A stretch of DNA of 64,000 bases from an uncultured virus (IMG/VR IMGVR_UViG_3300032288_000917) (Duplodnaviria; Heunggongvirae; Uroviricota; Caudoviricetes): the IMG/VR virus record IMGVR_UViG_3300032288_000917. One strand, given 5' to 3'. Below are positions 35,831 through 46,212 of the stretch, in pieces. The notes under the pieces are model-generated. The model ran no database searches and had not been told where the DNA came from. It saw only the letters and a list, made by a program, of their open reading frames with translations. The translations under genes and the position numbers were made by a program. Positions within the stretch are counted from its first letter, which is position 1; the number at the start of each line of letters is the position of its first letter.

Positions 35831-38656
35831 TTAAAGATTATCTAGCCAACCGCCAGAAGATTGTTTGTTATATTGTTTTACTCCTGTTCTAGGATAGTCA
35901 GGTATCCAGTTGTATATTGGACCACCATCTGCTTTTTTATAAACAGGCTTCCTATAACCCATTTTAAGCAATTGCTCTTCACTATATACAGGAGGTACTT
36001 GTGGAGTATTACTCCATTCACCTTTAGTATCCATGTATTGAGTAGGTAATGGATTACTTTCAGGTACATTTACTTTCTGAGGCATAGCTTCTATATTATC
36101 AGAAGGTAAGCCTCGCATTGGCATCTGTACCATCAGATGGTACAGATGTAGCATATTAGGTATGTCAGGATTAAAGATTACTTTTTGTTTAGGTTCTGCG
36201 TACTGAGGATAAATCACCCACCTAGAAGAATTGTTTCTTATTTGATGAGCATCATCTATAAAATATATAGGTCTAATTTTATTTTTTTGTTCGTATTTTT
36301 GGCCTAATTTTTTTACATGTTGTTCTAATTCAGGTACTGAAATTATATCCCAATTATATTTTTTAGCATCTTTAATAAGCTCTGGATCATAATACTTTTT
36401 AAATAAACTTGAACTATCATTATAAGCTTTTAATCTTTTTTCATACTCTGCACGATTAGAAGTAATGAATGGTAGTACATCTCCTCCATCTGCAAAAGTA
36501 ATTCCTCGTTGATTAGTAGGTCCTACATACATTCCTGCATCAGATGCTCCAGGATTAACAGCATAAGGTATACCTACTCTTTTTTTATATTTACTTGTAA
36601 TACGTCCACCATTTCTAGCAAACATCATATCTGTAGCTCCTACATTAATATCTCCTACTCCTCCTAGGTTAGCATTGGTAAGACCTCCTCCTGTGTTACT
36701 ACCAGGATTTACAAACATGCTACCAAGAGATCCTAATTGACCTATAGTACCAAGAGCTTTAGAATTAAATTCACTTCCTGCAGTACCAAGCAATTCTCCA
36801 GCTCCTCCTACAATCTGTTGAGGATTACCACTAGCTATACCTGCAACTAAGTTACCAGCACTAGAAGTAAGTTGTCCAGTTTTATTAGCCCACTTGTCCG
36901 CACCTCTTTGTTTCTCTTGACTAGTGCCTATACCTTTACTTATTTGTTGTAACTGTCCTTTACCCATTCCATAAGCTGGGCCTAAGAATGAAGTACCTAC
37001 TACATCTGCTGCTCCTCCAAGTATTCCTTCAGATACAGCAGCTGCATTAGCCATACCTTTATTAGCATAGTTAAAGTTAACAAAGTTATTACCTGTAACT
37101 TGTTCTAATGGAGCAGCAAGAGTATTTGCAAATAACTTTCCTATATCTCCTACAGTAGAACCTAAACCATAACTAGGTACATAACCACCATAAGCCATAC
37201 GTGTAGTATCAGGTGCATGTAATCTCATAGGTCCTTTGTAAGGATTGTATCCTTGAAGTACAGGAGGAGATGAAGGACTGTAAGGATCCGTAGGTCCTGT
37301 TATTTTAATCTCAGGATATGGTACTTGAGTACCAGGAGATTGTGCACGTTGAGGTGTTATCCTTTGAGTAGTAGTACGAGTAGGAGTACCAGCTACCCAA
37401 GTAGGTGTAGTTTGTTTAGTCCATACGGTAGCACCATGTGCATACGCAGGAATCTCAGGAGTAGCATCTACAATCTTACCATCAGGTAAAGTAGACTTAG
37501 GAGTACCCATCTGATAATTAGTCAAAGTCCTATCAGGATAATCAGGATAATAAGATGGAGTAGTAGGAGTAGGAATCCTTTGGTCTTCTATTGTACTTCC
37601 ATTAGCATACTTCTCTAGCCAACCGCCTTGCTTATTACGTGCACCTACTCTTGGATAGTTAGGTGGGATCCAGTTATATACTGGACCTCCATCTTTTTTC
37701 ATCCCTGTCTGATACCCAGCTTTAGTATATAAAAAATTCTTTAAGAATGGATCTGTAATAAGTTGATTATTAACAGAGACTTGTTCACCAGTAGCAGGAT
37801 CTCCAGCATAATGAATTAAAGAACCAGGAGTAGTCTGTTTGTAGTATTGTCTAAACCCATCATTATCAGCTATAGACGACTCAAAAGTATTTGCGTAATT
37901 ATTATTATCTTGAAAAGTCTTTTGAGTAGATACAGAACTTATTCCTGTATTATAAATAGGACCTCCATCTTCTTTAATAGATACATTAGGACTATATAAA
38001 TCCCAATACTTATCTTTTACTTCTGCATATTCTTTTTCAAACTTAGGATCTTTAGCTAATAAAATCTTATTAACATAGTCAGAAGTTTCTTCAGGTAACT
38101 CTTTTAACCATTCTAATTTATTAGAATAAATATCAATACCTTTTTGTTTAGCCTTATTTAAAGTATTAATTACGTTTGTAGGTCCATAGTTATAGGCTGC
38201 TAAAGCTTTAGCTACTTTAACAGTATCTGACTCATTACTAGAATGATTGATCCAGTTTCTTCCCATAAGATCCCCCATCATCCATTTTTGAAACTTTACT
38301 GAATTTTCGGGAATAGTTACATCAATATCTTCTTTAAATTTCTTTTTATATTCTGCTAATGCTGCAGGCATTGCTTGTGCCATACCTAAAGCACCTTTAG
38401 AAGATTTAGTTAATCCTTGTACAACTAAAGGATTAAACATACCAGTTTCTTTACCAGTTTGCCTGTGATATATTCTATTCATATCTATCTCTTCTCCAGC
38501 TTTAGGAGAAGTAGATTTTACAGGCAAAGTAGGAGGATTAGGATTTTGACTATACCACTCCTGCCAATTAGAATAGCCTGGGGGTAAATTTTTAGGTAAA
38601 AACAAAGGCCTATGTGGGGTAGGCGATACTTGAGTAAGTTTACTTTTCTTAGCCAT
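35831..38656 (-). CDS. cargo protein with soluble lytic transglycosylase (SLT) domain and xxxGG linkers
   Basis: KET catalytic Glu, SSKGALGMAQAMP, ALAAYNYG and ETSDYVNKI SLT motifs (about nt 38050-38480); Gly-rich hydrophobic middle region. Confidence 0.8.
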   Translation of the reverse strand: MAKKSKLTQVSPTPHRPLFLPKNLPPGYSNWQEWYSQNPNPPTLPVKSTSPKAGEEIDMNRIYHRQTGKETGMFNPLVVQGLTKSSKGALGMAQAMPAALAEYKKKFKEDIDVTIPENSVKFQKWMMGDLMGRNWINHSSNESDTVKVAKALAAYNYGPTNVINTLNKAKQKGIDIYSNKLEWLKELPEETSDYVNKILLAKDPKFEKEYAEVKDKYWDLYSPNVSIKEDGGPIYNTGISSVSTQKTFQDNNNYANTFESSIADNDGFRQYYKQTTPGSLIHYAGDPATGEQVSVNNQLITDPFLKNFLYTKAGYQTGMKKDGGPVYNWIPPNYPRVGARNKQGGWLEKYANGSTIEDQRIPTPTTPSYYPDYPDRTLTNYQMGTPKSTLPDGKIVDATPEIPAYAHGATVWTKQTTPTWVAGTPTRTTTQRITPQRAQSPGTQVPYPEIKITGPTDPYSPSSPPVLQGYNPYKGPMRLHAPDTTRMAYGGYVPSYGLGSTVGDIGKLFANTLAAPLEQVTGNNFVNFNYANKGMANAAAVSEGILGGAADVVGTSFLGPAYGMGKGQLQQISKGIGTSQEKQRGADKWANKTGQLTSSAGNLVAGIASGNPQQIVGGAGELLGTAGSEFNSKALGTIGQLGSLGSMFVNPGSNTGGGLTNANLGGVGDINVGATDMMFARNGGRITSKYKKRVGIPYAVNPGASDAGMYVGPTNQRGITFADGGDVLPFITSNRAEYEKRLKAYNDSSSLFKKYYDPELIKDAKKYNWDIISVPELEQHVKKLGQKYEQKNKIRPIYFIDDAHQIRNNSSRWVIYPQYAEPKQKVIFNPDIPNMLHLYHLMVQMPMRGLPSDNIEAMPQKVNVPESNPLPTQYMDTKGEWSNTPQVPPVYSEEQLLKMGYRKPVYKKADGGPIYNWIPDYPRTGVKQYNKQSSGGWLDNL

Positions 38657-41600
38657 TACCTTGAGTTAGCTGAGTAAATTGCTTTTGCAGTGTGCACTAC
38701 AAACTTATTATTAGGCGTATTATTATAACGCAGTTCTACTACAAACCATTTATCTTTCATACGTCTAGTAATACTAGGACGTACAGCAGCTAGGTTAGCA
38801 GGATCAAATATATTATTAGTTACATCTATTACTCTATCAGAAGGAACTTTGATATTCCAGATAGTCTTATGTCTTCTTGATAATATACTCAAAGGAATCC
38901 AGTCAGTGTTTTGGTAATTATCAAATACACGCATGTCTTCAAAGAAGTTATAATAATCTATTGAAGCAAAAGGATCGTAAAGATGTGGGTTATTACTAGG
39001 TCTAACTAAGTTCTGACTATAAGCTTCAGCTACTACTTCAAGATTAGTAAAAGTCTTTTCAAGAGTAGGATTGTTGTTTACTACAAAACTTACAGTAGAA
39101 TAATTGACTACTTGGCTATTATAAAACCTTCCATAGTCACCATAGTTATGTATAAAGATACTATCAAAGCTACTTCCAATAGGCAGGTAAGGTGAGAATA
39201 TATTTACCTTATCATTTATGTAGACTTTAGGATAGTGTGTATACTCTCCTACAAACCCATCAAACAGATCATTATATACCAGAGTTACATAGTTGTCTGG
39301 GTCATTAGGAAGAGTAGGATCATCAGGGTTTAAGAAAGTCATGAAGAACTCATTATGTCTGAAGTCATAAGTACTATGAACTCCATGAGGTCTCCATACT
39401 ACACCTTGAATAGGATCATCAACCATCCTATAAGGATTGTCTCTAGTCTGTAGAAAACCATTAGTCCTATTGTACAAGAAACCATTATAACCTTTTATAT
39501 CAGTTAAAGGCTCTAGTGCTCCAGGTTTATATCTATATAACTTTCTTGCAAGAGTATCAAACCATACCATACTATAGTCTGAAGCATACATACTGAACTG
39601 ATGCTTAGTACCAGTCTTAGTAGATATATAATCATACCTTTCAAGGATACCTGAGCTACCAAGAACCAAGTCAGCATTGCCTCCTTGATCTGTAATAAGC
39701 TTTTGCTCTGCTACTTGTAATACTCCAAACGCTCTGTCTTGAATAAAGTAAAGCTTATCTTGGAATACTACAAGATTATTTAAAGGACCATATGCTGACT
39801 CTACATCTAAGAAAGAGCTAGGCTTGAATATACTCCAAGACTCAGTAAGTTCTCCATCAATCTTTTTCTCAGAACGCCATACTCTACAATCAAAGTCTAT
39901 AGGAACTTGAATTAAAGCAGGCTTTGGGAAGTACCTGTATACACTCTTATCTGTATGATTAAATACAGGATCTACTTCAAAGTTTTCTTGTAAATCTATG
40001 TGAGGACCACTCCATCCAGCACCAGTAGCATCAGGACCACCTTGAGGCCCAATACCTGAGATATTAGGTACACAAGCTTCATCAGCAGGATTCCTATTAC
40101 TAGATGTTCTTCTATAATCTACTGCTACACTAGTCTCTACTGGGAATAAAGCAAAGTGAAGACCAAACTCTAATGTATTAGGATAGTAAACAGCTTTAGC
40201 TAAATCAGTAAACTGCATGACATGGTCAAGTACAGTTACTTTAGTGTCTCCTCCAAATACTCTTAATGAGACAGGGCTAACTCTATTACTAATATCAATG
40301 AGGTTATTACAAGCAATATACTCACTGTTACTCCTAGCAAAAAAAGTTTGTCCTCCGAACGGACTAGCAACATCTTGTCTATAGTTTGCAAAGTAAATGT
40401 TTCTAGGTGTGTTTCCTGCAGTAGCTGCCCAACCATCTTTAGTATTACGATAGTAAGCTTCTGTTCCAGGATTTACAAAGTTAAAGTTAGATTGATATGT
40501 GGTAACATCAAGTTGAATAAAAAGAGAGTTGTTACCATGTGAATAAATATCAGGTGCAAACACAGGACCCCCAATACCTGTATTATTATTACCGTCTATA
40601 TTATTACCATCACGAGGAGAACAATTCTTAAGAATCCTGTTACCTACTGTAACACCTGCAGGAACAGACGCACCAGTATTCCATACAGTATTAAATCCTT
40701 CGTTAGGCCAGTTATTATAAATCTGTGTAGCTCTGTAAACTCTATAAGGATTTTGAGTATTTACAGTATCCTTAATACTATAAGGTATTGTAGCAGATTC
40801 TTTAATAGTGTAATTCTTAGAAAGATACCCGTAGTAATTTTGATTACTTTGTTGTCTTGGGCTCATCCAAGGAGCAGTAGAAGTATTAAACCAAGAAGCT
40901 CTTAACCATCCTTGGTTCATAGGAAAGTTTAATCCTGTTGGAGGTATATGAGGTACAATATCCTCAAGCACTCCTAATACATCTAGTCTATCTGTAGTAG
41001 AGCTACCTTCAAAAGATTTAAAGAGGAACTCTGGGCTACGTAATGTAAAAGAGTCATTCCATATCTCATTAGCATCAGCATCCTCTATACTACTTACATT
41101 CCAGAGGTAAGGATTACATGTGTATACTACTCCTGTATCTCCATAAGGAGCAGGGATACCATCACTCTTCCAAGTGAATTGTAAAGCACCTTGACCTAAG
41201 ATATGTTTAAAATCATTCCTTAAAGGAGTCCTTACAATCATAGCTTTTTTATACTGAGCAGGTATGCCAGTAAAGTTTTTGATTGTAAACTTAATGCCTA
41301 AAGGTTTACCAGTTAATGTTTGAGTTGGAGCATCATAAGATACAATAGCAGAGCTAAACTCAGAACCAACTGCAGTGTAATTAACTGTACTTCTATTTGA
41401 AGCAGGGTAGTTAGAACCTGCACTATCACCAGGCATATAAATATGCGGCATACGTATATCTGCAATCCAGTTTACGTATGTGGGATTATCTAGTTCATCA
41501 AAGAAGACTATACCAAACCTATACATCTCGTCACGCCTGTAACCTACAAGCATGTCATAAATAAAAGGAGAGTTGTAATCTGTGTAACTTAAGTTCTCAT

Positions 41601-44115
41601 ATTGATGATCTCCTAAGTTGATTACTTGATTTATAGTATTTACCTTACGGTAAGGAGCAGTACTTGAGTATTCAATAGTATCAAGTATCACATCTTGAGT
41701 TACAAACTCAAATCTAATGTTAGGGCCTTCTCCACCAAGAATATCTGAGTTAGGAAGGTATAAATAATTAGTAGATATATCAGGAGACTGATTAGCATAG
41801 CTTTGAATTGCATCATGCGTGTCAGGCACTTGATTAGTAGTACCATCATAGTAGTAATTACCACCAGAAGAATCTACTGAAAAGAATTGATTTGCAGCTT
41901 GACTATAAATATAGGTAATAGGATTATCCTTAGGGAACCTGTAAGCTCTAGAATCAAAAGGTACTTCTTGTGAAGCTGTACTTATATTACCTAAGAAAAG
42001 AGTTTGCTTTTTAGCAGCAAGTGTTTTAGCTCTTTTGATAAAAGTATTAAAAGCTGTAAACTCATCTACTGTAATAGGTACAACATCCTCTGCTCCTGTA
42101 ATTGTAGTTTCTACAAATCCTGATGCAGGAATAAATTCTTCTTTTATAATATTAACTATAGGTACAGATGTATCATCAAAGTAATATAGAGTAGCAAACT
42201 CTATAGTATCATATGTAGTATCAAGATTACTAACAGAGATTTTAATACTCTTATTAGCATCTTCTCTTACATTAGAACCTGCAGTACCAGGTGTAGTAGC
42301 CCCACTAACTTGGGGAAAGTACAGCTCGTTAGAAATACCTTCTGACTTTTCAATAATAGGAATAAGATTACTTGTCCTACTAAATCTAGTTTCAGAACCA
42401 TTTGTATTCTTAAGCCTATAAGCTACTTGATACACACCTACAAGTAACTCTCCTCCATTAAGCACTTCACTAAGGATAGGAATATCCATAGATAAAGAAG
42501 GCTGTAGATTTAATTGTTCTACAGTAAGAGATGCTACGTTAGGATCTGCTACATTTATTTGTCTAGGTACATTGTAATTGTCTGTCCAGTATATCTTCTG
42601 AATACTAGGACTTTCATACCTAGACTCTATCATACCAGGATTAGCGATAGGCCTGGATGTAGTAAAGTTAAGTTGGTTACTATATACTAAGGTAAGTTGA
42701 TAGTTTGCAGGATCTGCATAATCTCCTGCCTTATCATAACTAAACTTCCATATTTGTCCTGAGGTTGTAGGAGGAGTAGGACCACCCCAAGTAGTAGGAT
42801 CATCTGGATCAAATATACCATCTGTAGTAAACAGATATATATCATCTCTTAACGCAGTCCATCCTATAATAAATCCAAATGTAGCAGGAACGGCAGTAGT
42901 TTGCACACTTACCATACTTGCAAAATTCAGAACAGGTCCCTGTACTCTGAATCTATCTAAGTATAAAGTAGCACTATAAGCTCCAGGAGCTGCACCTTGT
43001 GCATTAGCTCTAATGTAAAAACCATTATAGTAATACCCAGAACCTGATGCAAGTAGATTTTTTAAGTTAGCTAAACCTGCAGGATTAAAAGAAAATGTAT
43101 ATGGCGCACCAATATAGTTTACATCATTTACACCTGCAGCAATAGTAAAGTCATCAAGTACAATAAGGTTATAGCCTACTGCAGGAATATTCTCTAAAGT
43201 AATACCATACGTAGCAGCTGCTACAGGATCTACAAATGGACCTAAGTCAAGATAAATTCTTAATCTTAATTCTGTATTAGCAGTTTTTGCAGAGTAAAAA
43301 CCAAAGTCAATTTGATAAGGACCTCCTGTAAAATAATCAAAAAGACTAGGAGAAGAACTGTTTATATTACTAATATAAAGAGGATCGCATGTCCATAATA
43401 CTTCAGAGTCTACAGCATTACCTGCCATAGTAGTCCTAAGGACAGTAGCTGATAGATTTACTAAAGTAGCTGTACTACTGTATACTCCAGTAGTCATCTG
43501 AGTAGTAAATGTAGTACTAGGAGTAAAGTCTGTAATATACCACTGAGGTGGTGGTACAAACCCTGCATTAGCATTATAGCTGTTACCATTAAATGTCTCA
43601 ATAGCAAACTCCTCATCAAAGACAGTATAAGGAAATAAGCTAAGACCTGCAGGTCCTCCTGGAAGACCAAATGAAGAAACAGCTATTGTATCACAATTGG
43701 GTAAGGTAATTGTAATCCTGTCTGTACCTGCTAAAGCACTTATATTAAAAGGTACAAAGAAAAGATCAGTATTTATAAAGTTTGTTACATCAGTAATTAA
43801 AGTAGATGCAGATGAAAATACAATACTTAAAGTAGGAGCAGGTACATTATTTACAGTAAGAATAAAATCATAAGTAGTACCTGGTGTAAGTACTGCATTT
43901 ATGTTAACTACATCAAATACTAAAGTTTGAATGCAAGGTCCTGGACTAAGTCCTGCAATATTCTTGTTACCTTTAATATTCTGACGTGCTGCAGCAGTAT
44001 TACCATCTTCTGTAGTAATACGAAAATTTACAGAATCAAGCACAGCTTCTTGAGGAAGCTTGCTAAATGCTAGATCCTTATTTACTAATCCACCTAAATC
44101 TTTAAACTCTTCCAT
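38656..44115 (-). CDS. tail stabilisation / muzzle (nozzle) protein, crAss-like
   Basis: 1819 aa; GLVNKD start, IYWTDNYN.PRQIN, YRRDEMYRFGIVF, FGGDT, YDYIST..G and RMKDKW segments; position after the ring genes. Confidence 0.75.
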   Translation of the reverse strand: MEEFKDLGGLVNKDLAFSKLPQEAVLDSVNFRITTEDGNTAAARQNIKGNKNIAGLSPGPCIQTLVFDVVNINAVLTPGTTYDFILTVNNVPAPTLSIVFSSASTLITDVTNFINTDLFFVPFNISALAGTDRITITLPNCDTIAVSSFGLPGGPAGLSLFPYTVFDEEFAIETFNGNSYNANAGFVPPPQWYITDFTPSTTFTTQMTTGVYSSTATLVNLSATVLRTTMAGNAVDSEVLWTCDPLYISNINSSSPSLFDYFTGGPYQIDFGFYSAKTANTELRLRIYLDLGPFVDPVAAATYGITLENIPAVGYNLIVLDDFTIAAGVNDVNYIGAPYTFSFNPAGLANLKNLLASGSGYYYNGFYIRANAQGAAPGAYSATLYLDRFRVQGPVLNFASMVSVQTTAVPATFGFIIGWTALRDDIYLFTTDGIFDPDDPTTWGGPTPPTTSGQIWKFSYDKAGDYADPANYQLTLVYSNQLNFTTSRPIANPGMIESRYESPSIQKIYWTDNYNVPRQINVADPNVASLTVEQLNLQPSLSMDIPILSEVLNGGELLVGVYQVAYRLKNTNGSETRFSRTSNLIPIIEKSEGISNELYFPQVSGATTPGTAGSNVREDANKSIKISVSNLDTTYDTIEFATLYYFDDTSVPIVNIIKEEFIPASGFVETTITGAEDVVPITVDEFTAFNTFIKRAKTLAAKKQTLFLGNISTASQEVPFDSRAYRFPKDNPITYIYSQAANQFFSVDSSGGNYYYDGTTNQVPDTHDAIQSYANQSPDISTNYLYLPNSDILGGEGPNIRFEFVTQDVILDTIEYSSTAPYRKVNTINQVINLGDHQYENLSYTDYNSPFIYDMLVGYRRDEMYRFGIVFFDELDNPTYVNWIADIRMPHIYMPGDSAGSNYPASNRSTVNYTAVGSEFSSAIVSYDAPTQTLTGKPLGIKFTIKNFTGIPAQYKKAMIVRTPLRNDFKHILGQGALQFTWKSDGIPAPYGDTGVVYTCNPYLWNVSSIEDADANEIWNDSFTLRSPEFLFKSFEGSSTTDRLDVLGVLEDIVPHIPPTGLNFPMNQGWLRASWFNTSTAPWMSPRQQSNQNYYGYLSKNYTIKESATIPYSIKDTVNTQNPYRVYRATQIYNNWPNEGFNTVWNTGASVPAGVTVGNRILKNCSPRDGNNIDGNNNTGIGGPVFAPDIYSHGNNSLFIQLDVTTYQSNFNFVNPGTEAYYRNTKDGWAATAGNTPRNIYFANYRQDVASPFGGQTFFARSNSEYIACNNLIDISNRVSPVSLRVFGGDTKVTVLDHVMQFTDLAKAVYYPNTLEFGLHFALFPVETSVAVDYRRTSSNRNPADEACVPNISGIGPQGGPDATGAGWSGPHIDLQENFEVDPVFNHTDKSVYRYFPKPALIQVPIDFDCRVWRSEKKIDGELTESWSIFKPSSFLDVESAYGPLNNLVVFQDKLYFIQDRAFGVLQVAEQKLITDQGGNADLVLGSSGILERYDYISTKTGTKHQFSMYASDYSMVWFDTLARKLYRYKPGALEPLTDIKGYNGFLYNRTNGFLQTRDNPYRMVDDPIQGVVWRPHGVHSTYDFRHNEFFMTFLNPDDPTLPNDPDNYVTLVYNDLFDGFVGEYTHYPKVYINDKVNIFSPYLPIGSSFDSIFIHNYGDYGRFYNSQVVNYSTVSFVVNNNPTLEKTFTNLEVVAEAYSQNLVRPSNNPHLYDPFASIDYYNFFEDMRVFDNYQNTDWIPLSILSRRHKTIWNIKVPSDRVIDVTNNIFDPANLAAVRPSITRRMKDKWFVVELRYNNTPNNKFVVHTAKAIYSANSR

Positions 44116-45011
44116 TAATATCTACCTCTATGTCCACGAGTATTCATACCACTAAAGGCTGTGCGGAAATCTTCCGTACGTACAATCATTTTAGTAAGCT
44201 GTCTTCTTAAGCTTTCCATTTGAGTTATATCAGGCATCTTAAGATGTGAGCTTGCAGAAGCTACATTCCATTTCCAGTCTTCTTCAGACTTAAGAAATAC
44301 TTTATCAGATAACATCTCTTGTCTCCATAAGATGTAATCCATTCTCATTTGTATATAAGAAGCTATAGCCCTTTTGTACTTCACATCATCTGGTACAAGA
44401 GGATAGCCCTCTTCATCTAAAGGAAAAGCCCAATAAGCCATACATACTTTACCTTCTTTAATATCAAAGGTTATGTAGTTATTGTTCAGACTAAATTGAG
44501 GAGGATTAGATACAATCCTAGTATTAAGAGGTAAAGCTTGAGGAGAAAAAGTATTTCCAAAGTTATCATAGAAATTCTCCGTAGGCATAGCATCTGTATC
44601 ATACCCACAGCATGAACCATCAAGTAAATGATGAAACATATTCTGGGTAGGTAATGCAAGAACTCCATCTACTGCTACTGCAATAAGCTTATGAAAATCA
44701 GCAGGAAGCTTTACTCTATAGTGGCCTAGATTAGTACTAGCTGTATAAGTAGTAAGATGTGTATGAGGAGTAGCAGGATGTACTTGTGAAGGAGGAGTTA
44801 TAGTACCTACATTAGTACTACCTAAATCATACATAGGATCTTCTTTATGTCCTATTACTTTAGGAATATACTGCAAAGGATGACCTATGAGTTCCATAGC
44901 TTCATATGTCCAATATGCAGCATCCCCATAATTGAACAAGTCATTATAGGCAGTATTCCTAAAGAAATTATTTATAGTCTCCTTACTGGAGGTGTATTTG
45001 GCTATCTGCAT
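44115..45011 (-). CDS. tail ring / tubular protein
   Basis: W.YEAMELIG, Y.VKLPADF and Y.AFPLDEEGYPLVPDD motifs; directly upstream of the muzzle gene. Confidence 0.65.
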   Translation of the reverse strand: MQIAKYTSSKETINNFFRNTAYNDLFNYGDAAYWTYEAMELIGHPLQYIPKVIGHKEDPMYDLGSTNVGTITPPSQVHPATPHTHLTTYTASTNLGHYRVKLPADFHKLIAVAVDGVLALPTQNMFHHLLDGSCCGYDTDAMPTENFYDNFGNTFSPQALPLNTRIVSNPPQFSLNNNYITFDIKEGKVCMAYWAFPLDEEGYPLVPDDVKYKRAIASYIQMRMDYILWRQEMLSDKVFLKSEEDWKWNVASASSHLKMPDITQMESLRRQLTKMIVRTEDFRTAFSGMNTRGHRGRY

Positions 45012-45520
45012 TATTCAAAATAGTCTATGTTAGTTGTCTTTATAATCTTGGCAAGTTCTCTCTTCCTTTCACGTAGAGGTTCAAACTTATAGTATGACTT
45101 GCCACTTGGACCTTTCTTACACAGCCAGTAAAATTTATATCTGCAGTTATCCCTGTCTTCATTCAGGTGCTTTATAATCTTGCCTGTCTTTTGATAGTGT
45201 CCCCAATCTACCTTTAAATTCTTATTTTCATTCAGAAACCCAATATCCATCTTCTTCTTCTGGATTCTAAACTCTCCTAATTTATAAGGTAGAGTTACAG
45301 ACTTAGATTTATATAGTATCTGCTGCATCATATATTCAAAGCATGCATCTACTACTTTCTTATATTGGTCAAAGTCTAATGCTAAATCCATAGGAGTAGC
45401 TCCAGAGTATTTACTACCCTGAGCTGGAAAGTCAAACTTCTTTAAGTATAAAATGTAAGCATCTCTTAGACTTCTGTCTACTTTATATTTACCCTTACCT
45501 CTTTTCGCAAGTCTGCTCAT
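45011..45520 (-). CDS. IHF/HU-like basic DNA-binding protein
   Basis: VTLPYKLGEFRIQK resembles the HU/IHF V.L.GFG.F motif; very basic; crAss-like tail modules carry an IHF-like gene. Confidence 0.6.
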   Translation of the reverse strand: MSRLAKRGKGKYKVDRSLRDAYILYLKKFDFPAQGSKYSGATPMDLALDFDQYKKVVDACFEYMMQQILYKSKSVTLPYKLGEFRIQKKKMDIGFLNENKNLKVDWGHYQKTGKIIKHLNEDRDNCRYKFYWLCKKGPSGKSYYKFEPLRERKRELAKIIKTTNIDYFE

Positions 45521-46212
45521 TGTCCTCCCTCTTGTGTTTTACTTTGAGTTTCCATACCTTGATTAGCACTGTTAGTTCTATCCTGTTGTACCTTCAAGCT
45601 AAGAGTAAGTTCTTCTACAACCATCTTGACACAAGGATCAACTAAGTGTGAAGACATAGGATAGTTACTATCCCAACTGAAACATACTCCTCCAGTACAA
45701 TCATCATAATTAGCTAAGTCATTAGGATTCTCAAATACTCCTGCTACACTAATTACTTCTGTATAAGGTGCATCTACTAAATAAATATAACCGTTAAAAA
45801 GTACAGCCAAAGGTCTTTTAAATCTAGTAGACCTAGCGTATGGTAATCTTGCATAGGGAATAAACTCATAAGCCATACCTCCCATTTCAGGTGGAGATAT
45901 AGCTGTAAGCAAGTCTTTATTCTTCCCTTCAATAGGTTTAGGAATAGTTTGTTGTGTCTTATAAACTCTGCAATCCAGATTAAAGTTAGGATCTAAAGAA
46001 GTATCTACAGATTCTAAAGGCATACATTTGATATGCTGTATGTTATTTTCAGACAGACTTTGCCCTTTATTAAATTGCTGCCTAAGTAATGCAGCACGAG
46101 CACCATCTATTAAAAATGCTACAAGCCTATCAGAGATCTTATCATCATCTGTAATAAGTCCTCCCCTTAGAATGCTTTTTACTGCGTAGATCAGTTCCCT
46201 CTGAGTTGCCAT
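45517..46212 (-). CDS. tail ring / adaptor protein
   Basis: T..ELIY, DD..ISDR, NGYIY, GVFENP and YPM motifs; synteny with the crAss-like tail module. Confidence 0.6.
   Translation of the reverse strand: MATQRELIYAVKSILRGGLITDDDKISDRLVAFLIDGARAALLRQQFNKGQSLSENNIQHIKCMPLESVDTSLDPNFNLDCRVYKTQQTIPKPIEGKNKDLLTAISPPEMGGMAYEFIPYARLPYARSTRFKRPLAVLFNGYIYLVDAPYTEVISVAGVFENPNDLANYDDCTGGVCFSWDSNYPMSSHLVDPCVKMVVEELTLSLKVQQDRTNSANQGMETQSKTQEGGQ

Noticed and set aside
16754..35892. Numerous 60-175 aa + strand ORFs inside the large minus-strand genes
   Set aside because: Shadow ORFs with Ser/Leu/Phe-rich composition, mostly non-ATG starts and no motifs
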